From positions 23,660-87,659 of the forward strand of contig JAWLBL010000003.1 in assembly GCA_041687695.1 (NCBI GenBank): a stretch of DNA of 64,000 bases, read 5' to 3'. The notes beneath the pieces were generated by a model. The model ran no database searches, was not told the DNA's origin, and was given only the letters and a program-made list of their open reading frames with translations. How positions within the stretch are numbered: the first letter of the stretch is position 1; each line of letters begins with the position of its first letter. The position numbers were made by a program, and so were the translations under genes. This DNA is from Myxococcota bacterium. Its GTDB lineage: Bacteria > Myxococcota_A > UBA9042 > PHBI01 > JAWLBL01. Shown piece after piece: positions 8,956 to 23,316 of this stretch.

Positions 8956-9324
8956 TCAGGTGGGTGGCTTGCTCTTGCCGACCAGGTAGCCGACGAAGCC
9001 GGCGCCGATCATCTTGAGCATCTCCCAGGCGATGGTGACGCGGCTGGGGTCGTCGCCCCAGACGACGAAGCCCAGGCAGACGAAGAGGACCAGGACCGTG
9101 CCGCCGGCCGCGATGAGGTAGGTCTGGCGGTCCTTCCAGCGGCGGAGGTCCCCGTCTTTGCGAGCCTCGTCCCGGCGGTGCGCGTCGTCGGCGGGGTCGG
9201 CGATGTCGATGCGACCGCGCGAGCGCGCCGCCAGGTCGCCGAGGTCCAGCAGGCCAGGCGATGGTGGCGGGTTGGGGACGTGCGCAGCCGGCGGCGGGCG
9301 CACCTTCTGATCAGACTCCGACAA
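8956..9324 (-). CDS. Small hypothetical membrane protein (two C-terminal TM helices)
   Basis: 122 aa with a TTG start overlapping the upstream gene. Hydrophobic segments YLIAAGGTVLVLFVCLGFVVW and IAWEMLKMIGAGFVGYLVG. Confidence 0.6.
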   Translation of the reverse strand: MSESDQKVRPPPAAHVPNPPPSPGLLDLGDLAARSRGRIDIADPADDAHRRDEARKDGDLRRWKDRQTYLIAAGGTVLVLFVCLGFVVWGDDPSRVTIAWEMLKMIGAGFVGYLVGKSKPPT

Positions 9325-9520
9325 TGCGCGTCACCAGCCGACCTTCCTGGTCGACCAGCCCGAAGACCTGTCCGAAGGCCTTGCCCTCGGCGGCGACCTC
9401 CATCAGGGCGATGGCTCGGCGCAGGAGCTCGCTCTTGGTGACGGAGTTCTTCTTGGCGAGCTCCTCGAGGGTAGCGTTCAGATCCTGGCTCAGCTCCAGG
9501 CTCAAGCGGACCTTTTCCAT
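9311..9520 (-). CDS. CopG/ribbon-helix-helix DNA-binding protein
   Basis: MEKVRLSLELSQDLNATLEELAKKNSVTKSELLRRAIAL (beta-alpha-alpha pattern). AAGGAG RBS upstream. Confidence 0.75.
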   Translation of the reverse strand: MEKVRLSLELSQDLNATLEELAKKNSVTKSELLRRAIALMEVAAEGKAFGQVFGLVDQEGRLVTRIVGV

Positions 9521-9625
9521 GCGGGGGCTCCTTTGGGGACTGGGGCGCGCGGCCGCTTCGAGCGACCATGCGCATAAACTACGCAGAACCGGCGCATATG
9601 TCACGCATCCCGGCTGCGCGCGGGG

Positions 9626-10621
9626 TCAGACGCCGTAGTAGGCGCGGTACCAGGCGACGAACTTCGGCAGGCCCTGCTCGAGGGGGACCTGGGGGGTGAA
9701 GCCGAAGGCGTGGTGGAGGCTGGTGATGTCGGCCTCGGTGTCGACGACGTCGCCGGGCTGCAGGGGCTGGAGATCGCGCAGGGCGGGGCGGCCGAGGGCC
9801 GTTTCCAGCAGATCGATGAGGTCGGTCAGGGCGACCGGGCGGCCGCCGCCGACGTTGTACAGGCGGAAGGGGGCGGCGCTCTGGTCGGGTGAGGTGGGGG
9901 CGCCGCCGGGGGCGGGCGGGGCGTCGAGGGCGAGCAGGACCGCGCGGGCGGCGTCGTCCACGAAGGTGAAGTCGCGGCGCATGCGGCCCTGGTTGAACAC
10001 CTTGATGGGCTGGCCGGCCAGGATGGCGCGGGTGAACAGGTGCAGCGCCATGTCGGGGCGGTACCAGGGGCCGTAGACGGTGAAGAAGCGCAGGCCGGTG
10101 ACCGGCAGGGCGAAGAGGTGGGCGTAGGAGTGGGCCATCAGCTCGCCGGCGCGCTTGGTGGCGGCGTACAGGCTGATGGGGTGGTCGACGGGGTCGCGCT
10201 CGGAGGAGGGGAGCTGGGCGCTCGCGCCGTAGACCGAGCTGGACGAGGCGAAGACCAGGTGGCGGGCGGCGACGGCGCGGCAGCCCTCGAGGACGTTGAG
10301 GGTGGCGGAGACGTTGGCGTCGACGTAGGCGTGGGGGGCGTCGAGGGAGTGGCGGACGCCGGCCTGGGCGGCCAGGTGGACGACGGCGTCGGGGCGGGCG
10401 TCGGCGAAGAGCGCGGCCGTGGCGGTGCGGTCGGCGAGATCCAGGCGGGTGAAGGCGAAGGCGGGGGAGGCGGCCAGGCGGTCCAGACGGGCCTGCTTCA
10501 GGCCCGGGTCGTAGTAGGGGTTCAGGTCGTCGGCGCCGAGCACGTCGTCGCCGCGGTCGAGCAAGGCCTGGGCCACGTGGTAGCCGATGAAGCCGGCGGC
10601 GCCGGTGACCAGGACGCGCAC
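9626..10621 (-). CDS. UDP-glucuronate 4-epimerase-like NAD-dependent epimerase
   Basis: VTGAAGFIG, HLAAQAGVR, ASSSSVYG, YAATK, RFFTVYGPWYRPDMA and QPGDV motifs. Confidence 0.9.
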   Translation of the reverse strand: MRVLVTGAAGFIGYHVAQALLDRGDDVLGADDLNPYYDPGLKQARLDRLAASPAFAFTRLDLADRTATAALFADARPDAVVHLAAQAGVRHSLDAPHAYVDANVSATLNVLEGCRAVAARHLVFASSSSVYGASAQLPSSERDPVDHPISLYAATKRAGELMAHSYAHLFALPVTGLRFFTVYGPWYRPDMALHLFTRAILAGQPIKVFNQGRMRRDFTFVDDAARAVLLALDAPPAPGGAPTSPDQSAAPFRLYNVGGGRPVALTDLIDLLETALGRPALRDLQPLQPGDVVDTEADITSLHHAFGFTPQVPLEQGLPKFVAWYRAYYGV

Positions 10622-10625
10622 GGGG

Positions 10626-11906
<1,281 letters not shown>

Positions 11907-11965
11907 CGCCGCCCCCGGTCCATCTGCGCGGCATTGAAGCACATCCCGGCCGGCGCGACGACCGT

Positions 11966-14900
11966 CTATCTACGCCGGCGAGTGACCAGGACCAGCGCCA
12001 CCAGCGCCCACCACCAGGCCCCGCCCAGATCGGTCGCCCCGCCGCGGCAGGCGCAGCCCTGGGCCGGCGCCGGACCGGACAAGCGCTGCGGCGTCTCGTG
12101 CGACAGCGCCAGCGGCGGCGTCGACCCCGCGTCGGGCGCCTCGTCCACGGGCGCGGGCGGCGGCTCGACCACCTCGAGCGTCAGCTCGGCCGTCGCCTGA
12201 TGGCCGGCGTAGTCGCTCACCAGCAGCACCACATGGTAGGTCCCCGGCGCCACCGGCGCCCCGAAGGCGTCCGTGCCCGCCCAGCCGACCTCGCCCTGCC
12301 GCTGGGCCGCGTCGACCGCCGCCTCGTCCCGCAGCACCGTCACGGACGCGAAGCCCGCGTCGAACACCTCGAGCCGCAGCGCCTTCAGCTTGGTCTTGTC
12401 CTGGGCGGCGAAGATCAGCCGCGCCGGGTCGCCGCCCAGCGCGACGCCCTCGCGGTCGGCGCTGAGCGTCGCGGTCGGCGGCGTGCGGTCCACCACCGTC
12501 ACCCCGTCCGACCAGCGCACCGCCGACTTGCCCAGCGGCCCGACCGCGCGCACGCCGACCAGGTAGCGCACGCCCGTGTGCAGCGGGAGCCCGCCGATGG
12601 CCACGTCCGTGTGCTGGTCGGTCCAGATCATGTCGTCGCTGACCTGCAGCCCGTCCACCGTCGCGACCCCGACCTCGTAGCCGATGGCGCCGGGCACCGC
12701 GTCCCAGCGCGCGTACAGCGAGGCGAAGGACTCGATGTCGTCCACGTCCGCGTCGGTCACGCCCGACGGCGGGTCCAGGTCCAGCACCTCGTCGGGTGCG
12801 GCGATGGTCCCCTGGTCGACCCCGTACAGCGACCCGTCGGTGGCCGACACGACCAGCTCGCCGTCCCCGTCGGCCGCCCAGTCGGCGACGATGACCTCGC
12901 GCAGCGGCGCGCCCACCTCGAGCGCCCAGGCCAGCGCGCCCGAGCAGGCGTCGACCGCGTACAGCCACCCGTCGGTCGACCCGACGAAGGCCACCTGGTT
13001 CCCCTCGGCGTCCTCGGCCGCGGCGACGTTGCCCAAAAAGCCCGTCGCGGCGCCGGCCTCGGCGGCGGCCTGCGCGTCGGGATAGGCCGCGCCGCCCGCC
13101 AGCGCCACGGTCCACAGCGGCCCCCCGTCGTCGAGATCCAGCGCCCCCAGCGTGGGCCCGTGCTGGAACGAGGTCACGTAGCCGCAGGGGGTCAGCGCGC
13201 CCAGCTGGGAGGCCAGGGTCGCGGGCGCCGGCACGCCCCACACCTTGGTGCCGTCGGCCTCGTGCAGGCTGAGGTTGGCCGTGCCCAGCGACAGCACCTC
13301 GTCGCGTCCGTCGCCGGTCACGTCCGCGATGAGGTGGTGCACCCCGCTGGCCACGGTGGCCAGCATCTCGAAGGCGCCGGTCGCCGCGTCCAGCACCCAC
13401 AGCTTGGTCAGCGGGCCGCCGACCAGGATGGGCGGCGCGTCGCCGAGCCCCAGCTGGCCCGCCGCCAGCCGGCGCATGCCCCCGTTGTTCACGTCGATCA
13501 CGGTGTCGACGTAGGTGTCGCCGGCCGCGGCCCCGTAGGCCACCAGCCCCTGCTCGCCCTTGCCGTTGCGCGTCTGGAACAGGGCCTCGTCCCAGCCGTC
13601 GCCGTCGAGATCGAAGGCCAGCAGATCGCCGTACAGGCCGCGGACGCCGACCGCGAAGGCCGAGCGCTCCCAGCTCAGGCCGCCCCACGGATCCCACGCC
13701 CGCACCGACTGCCGCCCCGCGGCCAGCACCTGCGGCCCCAGCGGCCCGCGGCCGATGGCGACGGTCGTCGCGCCGGGCGCCGTCCAGCGGACGTGAACGG
13801 TGCCGTTCTGCGCGGCCTGGGTCGCGTCGAACACGACGACCCGCTCGCCGCTGGTCACGGCGACGATCTCGTCGCCCGGCACGCCGTCGAGGTCGGCCGC
13901 CACCGGGAAGCGGGCGAACCCGCCGTAGCCGGGGTCGAACGCGCGGACGCGCATGCCCAGGACGGGCTGGGGGGCGGTGGGGAGGAAGTTCTGCGGGGCC
14001 AGATCGCGGTCGAGCACGAGCAGGCGCCCGTTCGAGGTGACCAGCGCCGCCGCCTGACCGCCGGGGACCAGGCCGTCCAGCAGGTTCCAGGCGACCAGGC
14101 GCGTGCCCTTGAGCGGCTCGAAGGCGGCGACGACCTGGGGCGCGCCGAAGCCGCCCTGGGGCTCGGTGTCGAAGCGCAGGGCGCGCAGATCCTGCAGGCC
14201 GGACTCGGCGCCGGTCCGGCCGACCAGCAGCGCGGGGCCGGCGGTGGTCTCGAGGGTGCAGGCGCGCCGGACGGCCGCGGTCGGGCGGGTGGGGCTGCGG
14301 ACGAGGCAGCGCGGGACGGCGTCGTCGTACCAGTCGGGGGCTTCGCCCAGCAGGGCGGGGCCTTGGGCGGTGACGTGGTAGATGCGCGCGCCGCCCTCGG
14401 CCGTGCGCGTGACCAGCTCGACGGTCCCGTCGCCGTCGAGGTCGTGGGCCAGCTCGAGCTTGTCGCCGGGCACGGTGTGCTCGAGGGCGCCGGTGGCGGC
14501 GTCGAGGATCTCGGTCGACCAGGTCTGGTCCTCGCCGGTCGTGAAGGAGACGACGACCTCGAGCGCGCCGTCGCCGTCGAGGTCGACGACGGACGAGGGA
14601 TCGAAGGCGATCTGGTCGCGCATGACGTCGTCGGCGGCGCGCTGCCAGACCTGGACCAGGGCGCCGTCGTCGGGCGACCAGGAAAAGCGCGAGACCTGCA
14701 CGGCGTTGAAGGCGGCGGACCAGCCGCCCGGCGCGAAGACGATGGCGTCGTCGGCGCCGTCGCCGTCGACGTCGGTGACGGTGACCACGCCGCGGGCGGC
14801 GGCGGTGGGGCCGACCTCGGCGGGGGCGCCCTTCATCGCGCCGGTCGCGCCGTCGTAGAGGTAGAGGTGGTCGCGGCCCTGGGCGAACAGATCGGGGGCG

Positions 14901-15661
14901 CCGTCGCCGTCGAAGTCGCCCCAGGCCTCGTGCAGGGCGACCCAGTAGTCGCGGTTGGGCTCGGTGGCCAGGGTCCAGAGCTTGGCCGCGGCGGGGAAGC
15001 CGTCGGCGAAGGTGTAGGCGTGGGCGGCCTTGGCGACGGTGCCTGCGGCGGTGGCGTTGGCGTCGGCGAAGTAGAGGTCCGGCAGGCCGTCGCCGTCGAG
15101 GTCGAGGACGCGCGTGGTGTCGGTCAGGTTGCCGACGGCGCCGGGCGGCGAGGCCCACAGGACGGCGCCGGTGGCGGGGTCGATGACGAGGGCGGCGCCG
15201 GAGCCGTCGGGGTGGCGGCCCTCGGCGACCAGCTCGGGGGCGCCGTCGCCGTCGAGGTCGAAGGCGCCGACCAGGGAGGACAGCGACGGGCCGGCGGTCT
15301 GCCACACGAGGGCGTCGTCGGCGCGGCGCTGCTCGAGGCGGCCCGAGGCGACCAGGAAGAGGGTGCTGGCGGGGCCGAAGGCGGGGGCGCCGGCGAGGAA
15401 GGCGGCCTCGGAGATGGTGCCGCCGAGGAAGGCGCTCCAGGCGACCTGGGGGGTGGTGAGGGTGACGGGGAGGTCGGCGCGGCCGGTGCGGCCGAGATCG
15501 CCGCGGGCGACGGGCCAGTCGGCGCGGGCGGGGGCGGCGGCGATGATCAAGGCGGCGGCGGCGGGCCACAGACGCCCTCCGAGGCGCGGGCGCGTCTTCG
15601 GGGGCTCTCGGCGGGCCCCATTCTGTGGTACGTCAGGGGCGCAACCGAGGGAGGCGTTCAT
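11966..15661 (-). CDS. Large secreted/surface FG-GAP and PQQ-like beta-propeller protein with C-terminal Ig/FlgD-like domain and MYXO-CTERM-like anchor
   Basis: Signal peptide ending [10 protein letters not shown]. Many DxDGDGxxE/D repeats, [26 protein letters not shown]-terminus GCACRGG...[16 protein letters not shown]. Start uncertain. Confidence 0.8.
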   Translation of the reverse strand: MNASLGCAPDVPQNGARREPPKTRPRLGGRLWPAAAALIIAAAPARADWPVARGDLGRTGRADLPVTLTTPQVAWSAFLGGTISEAAFLAGAPAFGPASTLFLVASGRLEQRRADDALVWQTAGPSLSSLVGAFDLDGDGAPELVAEGRHPDGSGAALVIDPATGAVLWASPPGAVGNLTDTTRVLDLDGDGLPDLYFADANATAAGTVAKAAHAYTFADGFPAAAKLWTLATEPNRDYWVALHEAWGDFDGDGAPDLFAQGRDHLYLYDGATGAMKGAPAEVGPTAAARGVVTVTDVDGDGADDAIVFAPGGWSAAFNAVQVSRFSWSPDDGALVQVWQRAADDVMRDQIAFDPSSVVDLDGDGALEVVVSFTTGEDQTWSTEILDAATGALEHTVPGDKLELAHDLDGDGTVELVTRTAEGGARIYHVTAQGPALLGEAPDWYDDAVPRCLVRSPTRPTAAVRRACTLETTAGPALLVGRTGAESGLQDLRALRFDTEPQGGFGAPQVVAAFEPLKGTRLVAWNLLDGLVPGGQAAALVTSNGRLLVLDRDLAPQNFLPTAPQPVLGMRVRAFDPGYGGFARFPVAADLDGVPGDEIVAVTSGERVVVFDATQAAQNGTVHVRWTAPGATTVAIGRGPLGPQVLAAGRQSVRAWDPWGGLSWERSAFAVGVRGLYGDLLAFDLDGDGWDEALFQTRNGKGEQGLVAYGAAAGDTYVDTVIDVNNGGMRRLAAGQLGLGDAPPILVGGPLTKLWVLDAATGAFEMLATVASGVHHLIADVTGDGRDEVLSLGTANLSLHEADGTKVWGVPAPATLASQLGALTPCGYVTSFQHGPTLGALDLDDGGPLWTVALAGGAAYPDAQAAAEAGAATGFLGNVAAAEDAEGNQVAFVGSTDGWLYAVDACSGALAWALEVGAPLREVIVADWAADGDGELVVSATDGSLYGVDQGTIAAPDEVLDLDPPSGVTDADVDDIESFASLYARWDAVPGAIGYEVGVATVDGLQVSDDMIWTDQHTDVAIGGLPLHTGVRYLVGVRAVGPLGKSAVRWSDGVTVVDRTPPTATLSADREGVALGGDPARLIFAAQDKTKLKALRLEVFDAGFASVTVLRDEAAVDAAQRQGEVGWAGTDAFGAPVAPGTYHVVLLVSDYAGHQATAELTLEVVEPPPAPVDEAPDAGSTPPLALSHETPQRLSGPAPAQGCACRGGATDLGGAWWWALVALVLVTRRRR

Positions 15662-16646
15662 GCGGATTCTGGTCACCGGCGGCGCCGGGTTCATCGGCTC
15701 GCACCTGTGCGAGCGGCTCGTCGCCGAGGGGCACGACGTCCTGTGCCTGGACAACTTCTTCACCGGCCGCAAGCGTAACATCGCGCACCTGATGGGCTCG
15801 CCCAGCTTCGAGCTCATCCGCCACGACGTGGTCGAGCCGATTCTCCTCGAGGTGGACGCCATCTACAACCTCGCGTGTCCCGCCTCACCGGTGCACTACC
15901 AGACCAACCCGGTCAAGACCGTGAAGACGTCGGTCATGGGCATGATCCACATGCTCGGCCTCGCCAAGCGGGTCAAGGCGCCCATTGTGCAGGCGTCGAC
16001 CAGTGAGGTCTACGGCGACCCCGAGATCCACCCGCAGACCGAAGACTACTGGGGCAACGTCAACCCCATCGGTCCGCGCTCCTGCTACGACGAGGGCAAG
16101 CGGGTCGCCGAGACGCTCTGCTTCGACTACCACCGCCAGAACGGCGTCGATGCGCGCGTCGTCCGCATCTTCAACACCTACGGCCCGCGCATGATGGTCG
16201 ACGACGGGCGCGTGGTCTCGAACTTCATCGTGCAGGCGCTGCGCGGTCAGGACCTCACCGTGTACGGCGACGGCGCCCAGACGCGCTCGTTCTGCTTCGT
16301 CGACGACCTGGTCGAGGGCCTCGTCCGCATGATGGCCCAGAAGGGCTTCCAGGGGCCCGTCAACCTGGGCAACCCCGAGGAGTTCACCGTCCGCGAGCTG
16401 GCCGAGCTGGTCATCGAGCTGACCGGGTCGTCGTCCAAGGTCGTCACCGAGCCCCTGCCCCAGGACGACCCCAAGCGCCGCAAGCCCGACATCACCCTGG
16501 CCCGCCGCGAGCTGGGCTGGCACCCCACCGTCCCCCTGCGCCGCGGCCTCGAGCGCACCATCGCCTTCTTCGAGGAGATCCTGCAGGCCCCCGACGGCGA
16601 CGTCGCGACCGCCGCCCGCTTGCGCGCTGGCGCCGACGAGCCCTGA
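15660..16646 (+). CDS. UDP-glucuronate decarboxylase (UDP-xylose synthase)
   Basis: [59 protein letters not shown] and [10 protein letters not shown] motifs. Confidence 0.93.
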   Translation: MRILVTGGAGFIGSHLCERLVAEGHDVLCLDNFFTGRKRNIAHLMGSPSFELIRHDVVEPILLEVDAIYNLACPASPVHYQTNPVKTVKTSVMGMIHMLGLAKRVKAPIVQASTSEVYGDPEIHPQTEDYWGNVNPIGPRSCYDEGKRVAETLCFDYHRQNGVDARVVRIFNTYGPRMMVDDGRVVSNFIVQALRGQDLTVYGDGAQTRSFCFVDDLVEGLVRMMAQKGFQGPVNLGNPEEFTVRELAELVIELTGSSSKVVTEPLPQDDPKRRKPDITLARRELGWHPTVPLRRGLERTIAFFEEILQAPDGDVATAARLRAGADEP

Positions 16647-16749
16647 GCCGCCGGCCCGGCACGACCTTCATCCGACGTACTGGCGACGAGGAGATCCTTC
16701 AGGCCGCCTGCGGCTCGGGCCTGGGGCAGGCCGGTGAAGGTCGAGGGCG

Positions 16750-18327
16750 TCAGGCGCGCAGGACGGTGACGCGGCAGCCCGAGGGGGTGGTGGCGGACTC
16801 GAAGGTGGTGCGGTGCTCGGGGGGACCGGACCCGGGGCGGCGGTCGAAGAGGACGAGGACGCCCTCGTCCAGGCCGAGCGAGGCGAGGTAGGCATCCAGC
16901 TGCTCGAGGCCTTTGTCGAGCGGGTCGGGCCGGCCAGGGGCCCAGACCTTGAGCTCCAGGGCCTCGCGCTGGAGGGCGCGCTGGCCGATCGGGTCGGTGA
17001 AGGGCCAGCGGATGAGGAGGTCGATGCGGCCGCGGCCGACGCCGTATTCGCGATCGATGGTGCCGCCGCCGTTCACGACGCGTTGGAGGTAGGCCATGAG
17101 GACCAGCTGCGGGGCGACCTCGTGGTAGGGCATGGTCCCCGCCAGGACCTCGCCGTGCTCGCGCCAGAAGGCGGCGAACTCGGTGAGGATCTTCGGAAGA
17201 TCGAGGCGACCGTCCGGGAGGACGAAGGAGCGGGGCTCGGCGGTGGTCTGCTCTTCGGCGGGGGCCGCGAGGACGCGGACGATGACCTCGCGGTAGATGG
17301 GGTTCGCGATGCGCAGGGGCTTGTCGACCGCGACGAGGCCGAGGTCCCGGACGTAGGCCACGTCATCGTTGTAGGTGGCGTCGGCGCCGCCGAAGCCGCC
17401 GGCGAGGAGCGGCTCCAAGACGCGCCGGACCCGCGGCTCCATGAGCCGGGCGACCAGCGAGTCGAGATGGGTGGCTCGGGCCAGGATGAGGCGCTCCTTC
17501 GCGGTCTCGACATGGGCCGGGGTGATGGGCTCGGGAGCGGGGATGGCCAGCTCGTGCACCACCTCGGCGCAGAGCGCATTGACGAGCCACGGCTGGCCGC
17601 CGGTGAGCGCAAAGAGGCGCTCGAGCGCTGCGTCCGTGAAGGGTTGACCGGTCTGGGTGGTGTGCTGGGAGGTGAGCTCGCGGACGTCGTCGGTGTCGAA
17701 GTGCGTCAGGCGCAGCGACTTCACCTTGATGTTGAAGGGGCTGGACGTACCGAGCCGCTCTGGGTCGCCGCCGCTCGCCGTCTTGTAGTCGCGGACATCC
17801 CGGAGGCCGCAGAGGACGACCGAGGCCGGAAAGCGCGCGGGTCGGTTGGGGAATCCGGTGCGGAGTTGGCGGAGCACCGTCTTGAGCCCGTCGCCGCGGA
17901 GGGCGTCGATCTCGTCGAAGAACAGCACGAGCGGGCGCGGGCAGACCTCGGCCCAGGCGGTGAGGGACGTGAAGAGCTGGTTGCCGTCGGGCGCCAGCGG
18001 CCAGTCCGGCGGTCGCAGCTCCGGCGGAAGCTGTTGGCCGGCCGAGACCCTCAAGACGTCGAGGAGGATTCGCTCGACCGCGCCATGTTCGTCCCCGGCG
18101 ACCTCGCCGGCCTCGCACGAGAAGTGGACGGCGGCGTAGCGGCCCTCGGCGGTCAGGGCCTCGGCGAGCGCGCGCAGGGTCGTGGTCTTTCCCGTCTGGC
18201 GTGGCGCGTGGACGACGAAGTAGCCGAGCTGGTCGACGAGGCCGCGGGCCTCGGGGAGCCGGGCGATGGGGTCGACCATGTAGTGGTAGGCCGGCAGGCA
18301 GGGACCGGCGGTGTTGAAGCGGCGCAT
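16750..18327 (-). CDS. AAA-family ATPase with C-terminal PD-(D/E)XK nuclease-like domain
   Basis: MRRFNTAGPC start, Walker A APRQTGKTT, Walker B LFFDEID, SPFNI, and a C-terminal EYGVGRGRIDL...ALELK. Confidence 0.85.
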   Translation of the reverse strand: MRRFNTAGPCLPAYHYMVDPIARLPEARGLVDQLGYFVVHAPRQTGKTTTLRALAEALTAEGRYAAVHFSCEAGEVAGDEHGAVERILLDVLRVSAGQQLPPELRPPDWPLAPDGNQLFTSLTAWAEVCPRPLVLFFDEIDALRGDGLKTVLRQLRTGFPNRPARFPASVVLCGLRDVRDYKTASGGDPERLGTSSPFNIKVKSLRLTHFDTDDVRELTSQHTTQTGQPFTDAALERLFALTGGQPWLVNALCAEVVHELAIPAPEPITPAHVETAKERLILARATHLDSLVARLMEPRVRRVLEPLLAGGFGGADATYNDDVAYVRDLGLVAVDKPLRIANPIYREVIVRVLAAPAEEQTTAEPRSFVLPDGRLDLPKILTEFAAFWREHGEVLAGTMPYHEVAPQLVLMAYLQRVVNGGGTIDREYGVGRGRIDLLIRWPFTDPIGQRALQREALELKVWAPGRPDPLDKGLEQLDAYLASLGLDEGVLVLFDRRPGSGPPEHRTTFESATTPSGCRVTVLRA

Positions 18328-18439
18328 GGTGGGCCGGAGCGTAGGTCCGGGGGGGGGCGGTGGCAAGGCCGGGCCGATGGGGGGCGAGGCGGCGGAGCTC
18401 GGACCGATCGCGGGAGCGCCTCCTACAAGTCCTCGCTCA

Positions 18440-18492
18440 ACCCCGCGCAGCGAGCTGCGCGAAGCCGGAGCACGAGCGAGCTCGTGCAGTCC
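18440..18492 (-). repeat. REP-like double hairpin, near-identical inverted copy of 60596-60650
   Basis: Reverse complement reads GGACTGCACGAGCTCGCTCGTGCTCCGGCTTCGCGCAGCTCGCTGCGCGGGGT. Confidence 0.85.
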
Positions 18493-18513
18493 GGTTCCCG
18501 TAGGCGCTGTCCC

Positions 18514-19482
18514 CTACTCCCCCTTGCGACACGCCTCCGCCGCCTTGGTGATGCGCGCCTTCACGTCGTCACGCGCGCCGAAGCTCTCGTTGAGGGCGTG
18601 GAAGGCCTCGGCGCCGGTCAGGCCCTCCTTTCTATAGGTGGCCAGGACGGCCTCGATCTGCGCGCCGGTCCAGGGTCCCGCGCCGTGGGCGCAGGTCAGC
18701 TTGGCCGAGGCGCCGATGAAGAAGGCGGCCCCGAAGAGGTCCTTGGCCGGCTGCGGGTCGGCCAGCAGGCGGGCGGCGATGTCGGCGCGGTCCATGGCCA
18801 CCTCGGTCTTGCCCTGCTCGTAGGCGATGAGGCCCATCAGCAGCTGGGCCTCGCCGTGGTCGGGGCGGCGCTCGAGCACCCAGCGCAGGGCGGCCTCGGC
18901 CTCGGCGGCCTTGTCCTGACGCAGCAGGTTGCGGCCGCGGACCAGGCCTACCTCGGGGTCGTCGGGGCGTAGCTTCGTAAGCTGCTCGATGACCTCGGCC
19001 TGCGGCGCCCAGTCCTGCTTGGCCTCGTACAGCGCGACCAGGTTGGCCAGCGCGGCCTCGTGCCCCGGGCTGAGGGCGAGGACCTTCTCGGTGGCGGCGA
19101 TGGCCTCGTCCGTGCGGCCGAGCGCCTGCAGCGACGCGCCGCGGGTCAGCTGCGCGCCCGCGCTGGCGGGGTCGAGGGCCGCGGCCCGGTCCGCCTCGGC
19201 CAGGGCCTCGGCGTGGCGGCCGGCGAGCTGGTAGGCGGCGGCCAGGGCCAGGCGGGCGTCGAAGTGGTCGGGGTGGTCCTGGACCAGCGCCCAGCCGCGG
19301 GCGACCGCGTCGTGCACCCGGCCCGTGGCGATGGCCTCGCGGATGGCCGGCAGCTCGGTCTCGGGGCTCAGCAGGATCGGCGCGGCGTCGGCCCGTGGCG
19401 TGATGGGCGGGGCCTCGTCACGGCAGGCGGGGGCGGTGAGGGCGAGGGCGAGGGCGAGGGCGGCGGTCGTCGTTCGGCGCAT
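18514..19482 (-). CDS. TPR-repeat putative lipoprotein
   Basis: [20 protein letters not shown] signal/lipobox-like start, followed by repeated TPR helices ([20 protein letters not shown]). Confidence 0.8.
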   Translation of the reverse strand: MRRTTTAALALALALTAPACRDEAPPITPRADAAPILLSPETELPAIREAIATGRVHDAVARGWALVQDHPDHFDARLALAAAYQLAGRHAEALAEADRAAALDPASAGAQLTRGASLQALGRTDEAIAATEKVLALSPGHEAALANLVALYEAKQDWAPQAEVIEQLTKLRPDDPEVGLVRGRNLLRQDKAAEAEAALRWVLERRPDHGEAQLLMGLIAYEQGKTEVAMDRADIAARLLADPQPAKDLFGAAFFIGASAKLTCAHGAGPWTGAQIEAVLATYRKEGLTGAEAFHALNESFGARDDVKARITKAAEACRKGE

Positions 19483-19586
19483 GGCCCCGAGTAACACGGA
19501 CCGTGCGGCGGGAACATCCCGCGGCGGAGGTTGTTGAGGGCCGGACCCCGGGAGAGCAGCTGGACCGCAGGTGTCCAGCATATTCG

Positions 19587-19614
19587 TTGACCGTGCAGGG
19601 CCGGTGCTGATAGT
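19587..19614 (+). promoter_or_regulatory. Possible sigma70-type promoter for typA
   Basis: TTGACC at 19587 and GATAGT at 19609 (16-bp spacer). Imperfect match. Confidence 0.35.
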
Positions 19615-19668
19615 TGGGCGCTCCGCGCGCCCCCGACGCCGGTTTTTTCGTTCGGGGACAGAGGATTC

Positions 19669-21474
<1,806 letters not shown>

Positions 21475-21503
21475 CGCGCTCCCACCGACCCGCTCGAACC
21501 GTC

Positions 21504-21546
21504 GCCGGGCGCCGGCACCGCGATTGACACGGTGCCGGCGCCCGGC
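21504..21546. terminator. Perfect 17-bp hairpin after typA, with TTGACA in its loop
   Basis: GCCGGGCGCCGGCACCG-CGATTGACA-CGGTGCCGGCGCCCGGC. No U-tract follows. Confidence 0.5.
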
Positions 21547-21596
21547 TACGTCTCGGGCTCCCGTTCCACCCGCTCGCCTCGCAGGGACCTCCCGCC

Positions 21597-23210
<1,614 letters not shown>

Positions 23211-23316
23211 GCCGCCTCGGCGGCCTGCGGCGGACGGGGTGGAGACCGCATTCGGCTTCGATCCCGGCCGGCGATTCTGCTAGGGTGACGCGCCCTCTGG
23301 ACGCGGAGCCCTGCCG

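Noticed and set aside
16664..16744. Short inverted repeat CGACCTTCA/TGAAGGTCG between convergent genes as a MITE
   Set aside because: Only about 9 bp, with no target duplication or second copy in the window.
23215..23290. Possible tRNA or SRP RNA (ffs) after ffh, suggested by TTCGATCCC
   Set aside because: No cloverleaf or acceptor stem could be built, and the SRP core motif (CAGG...GGAAGGAAGCAGC) is absent.
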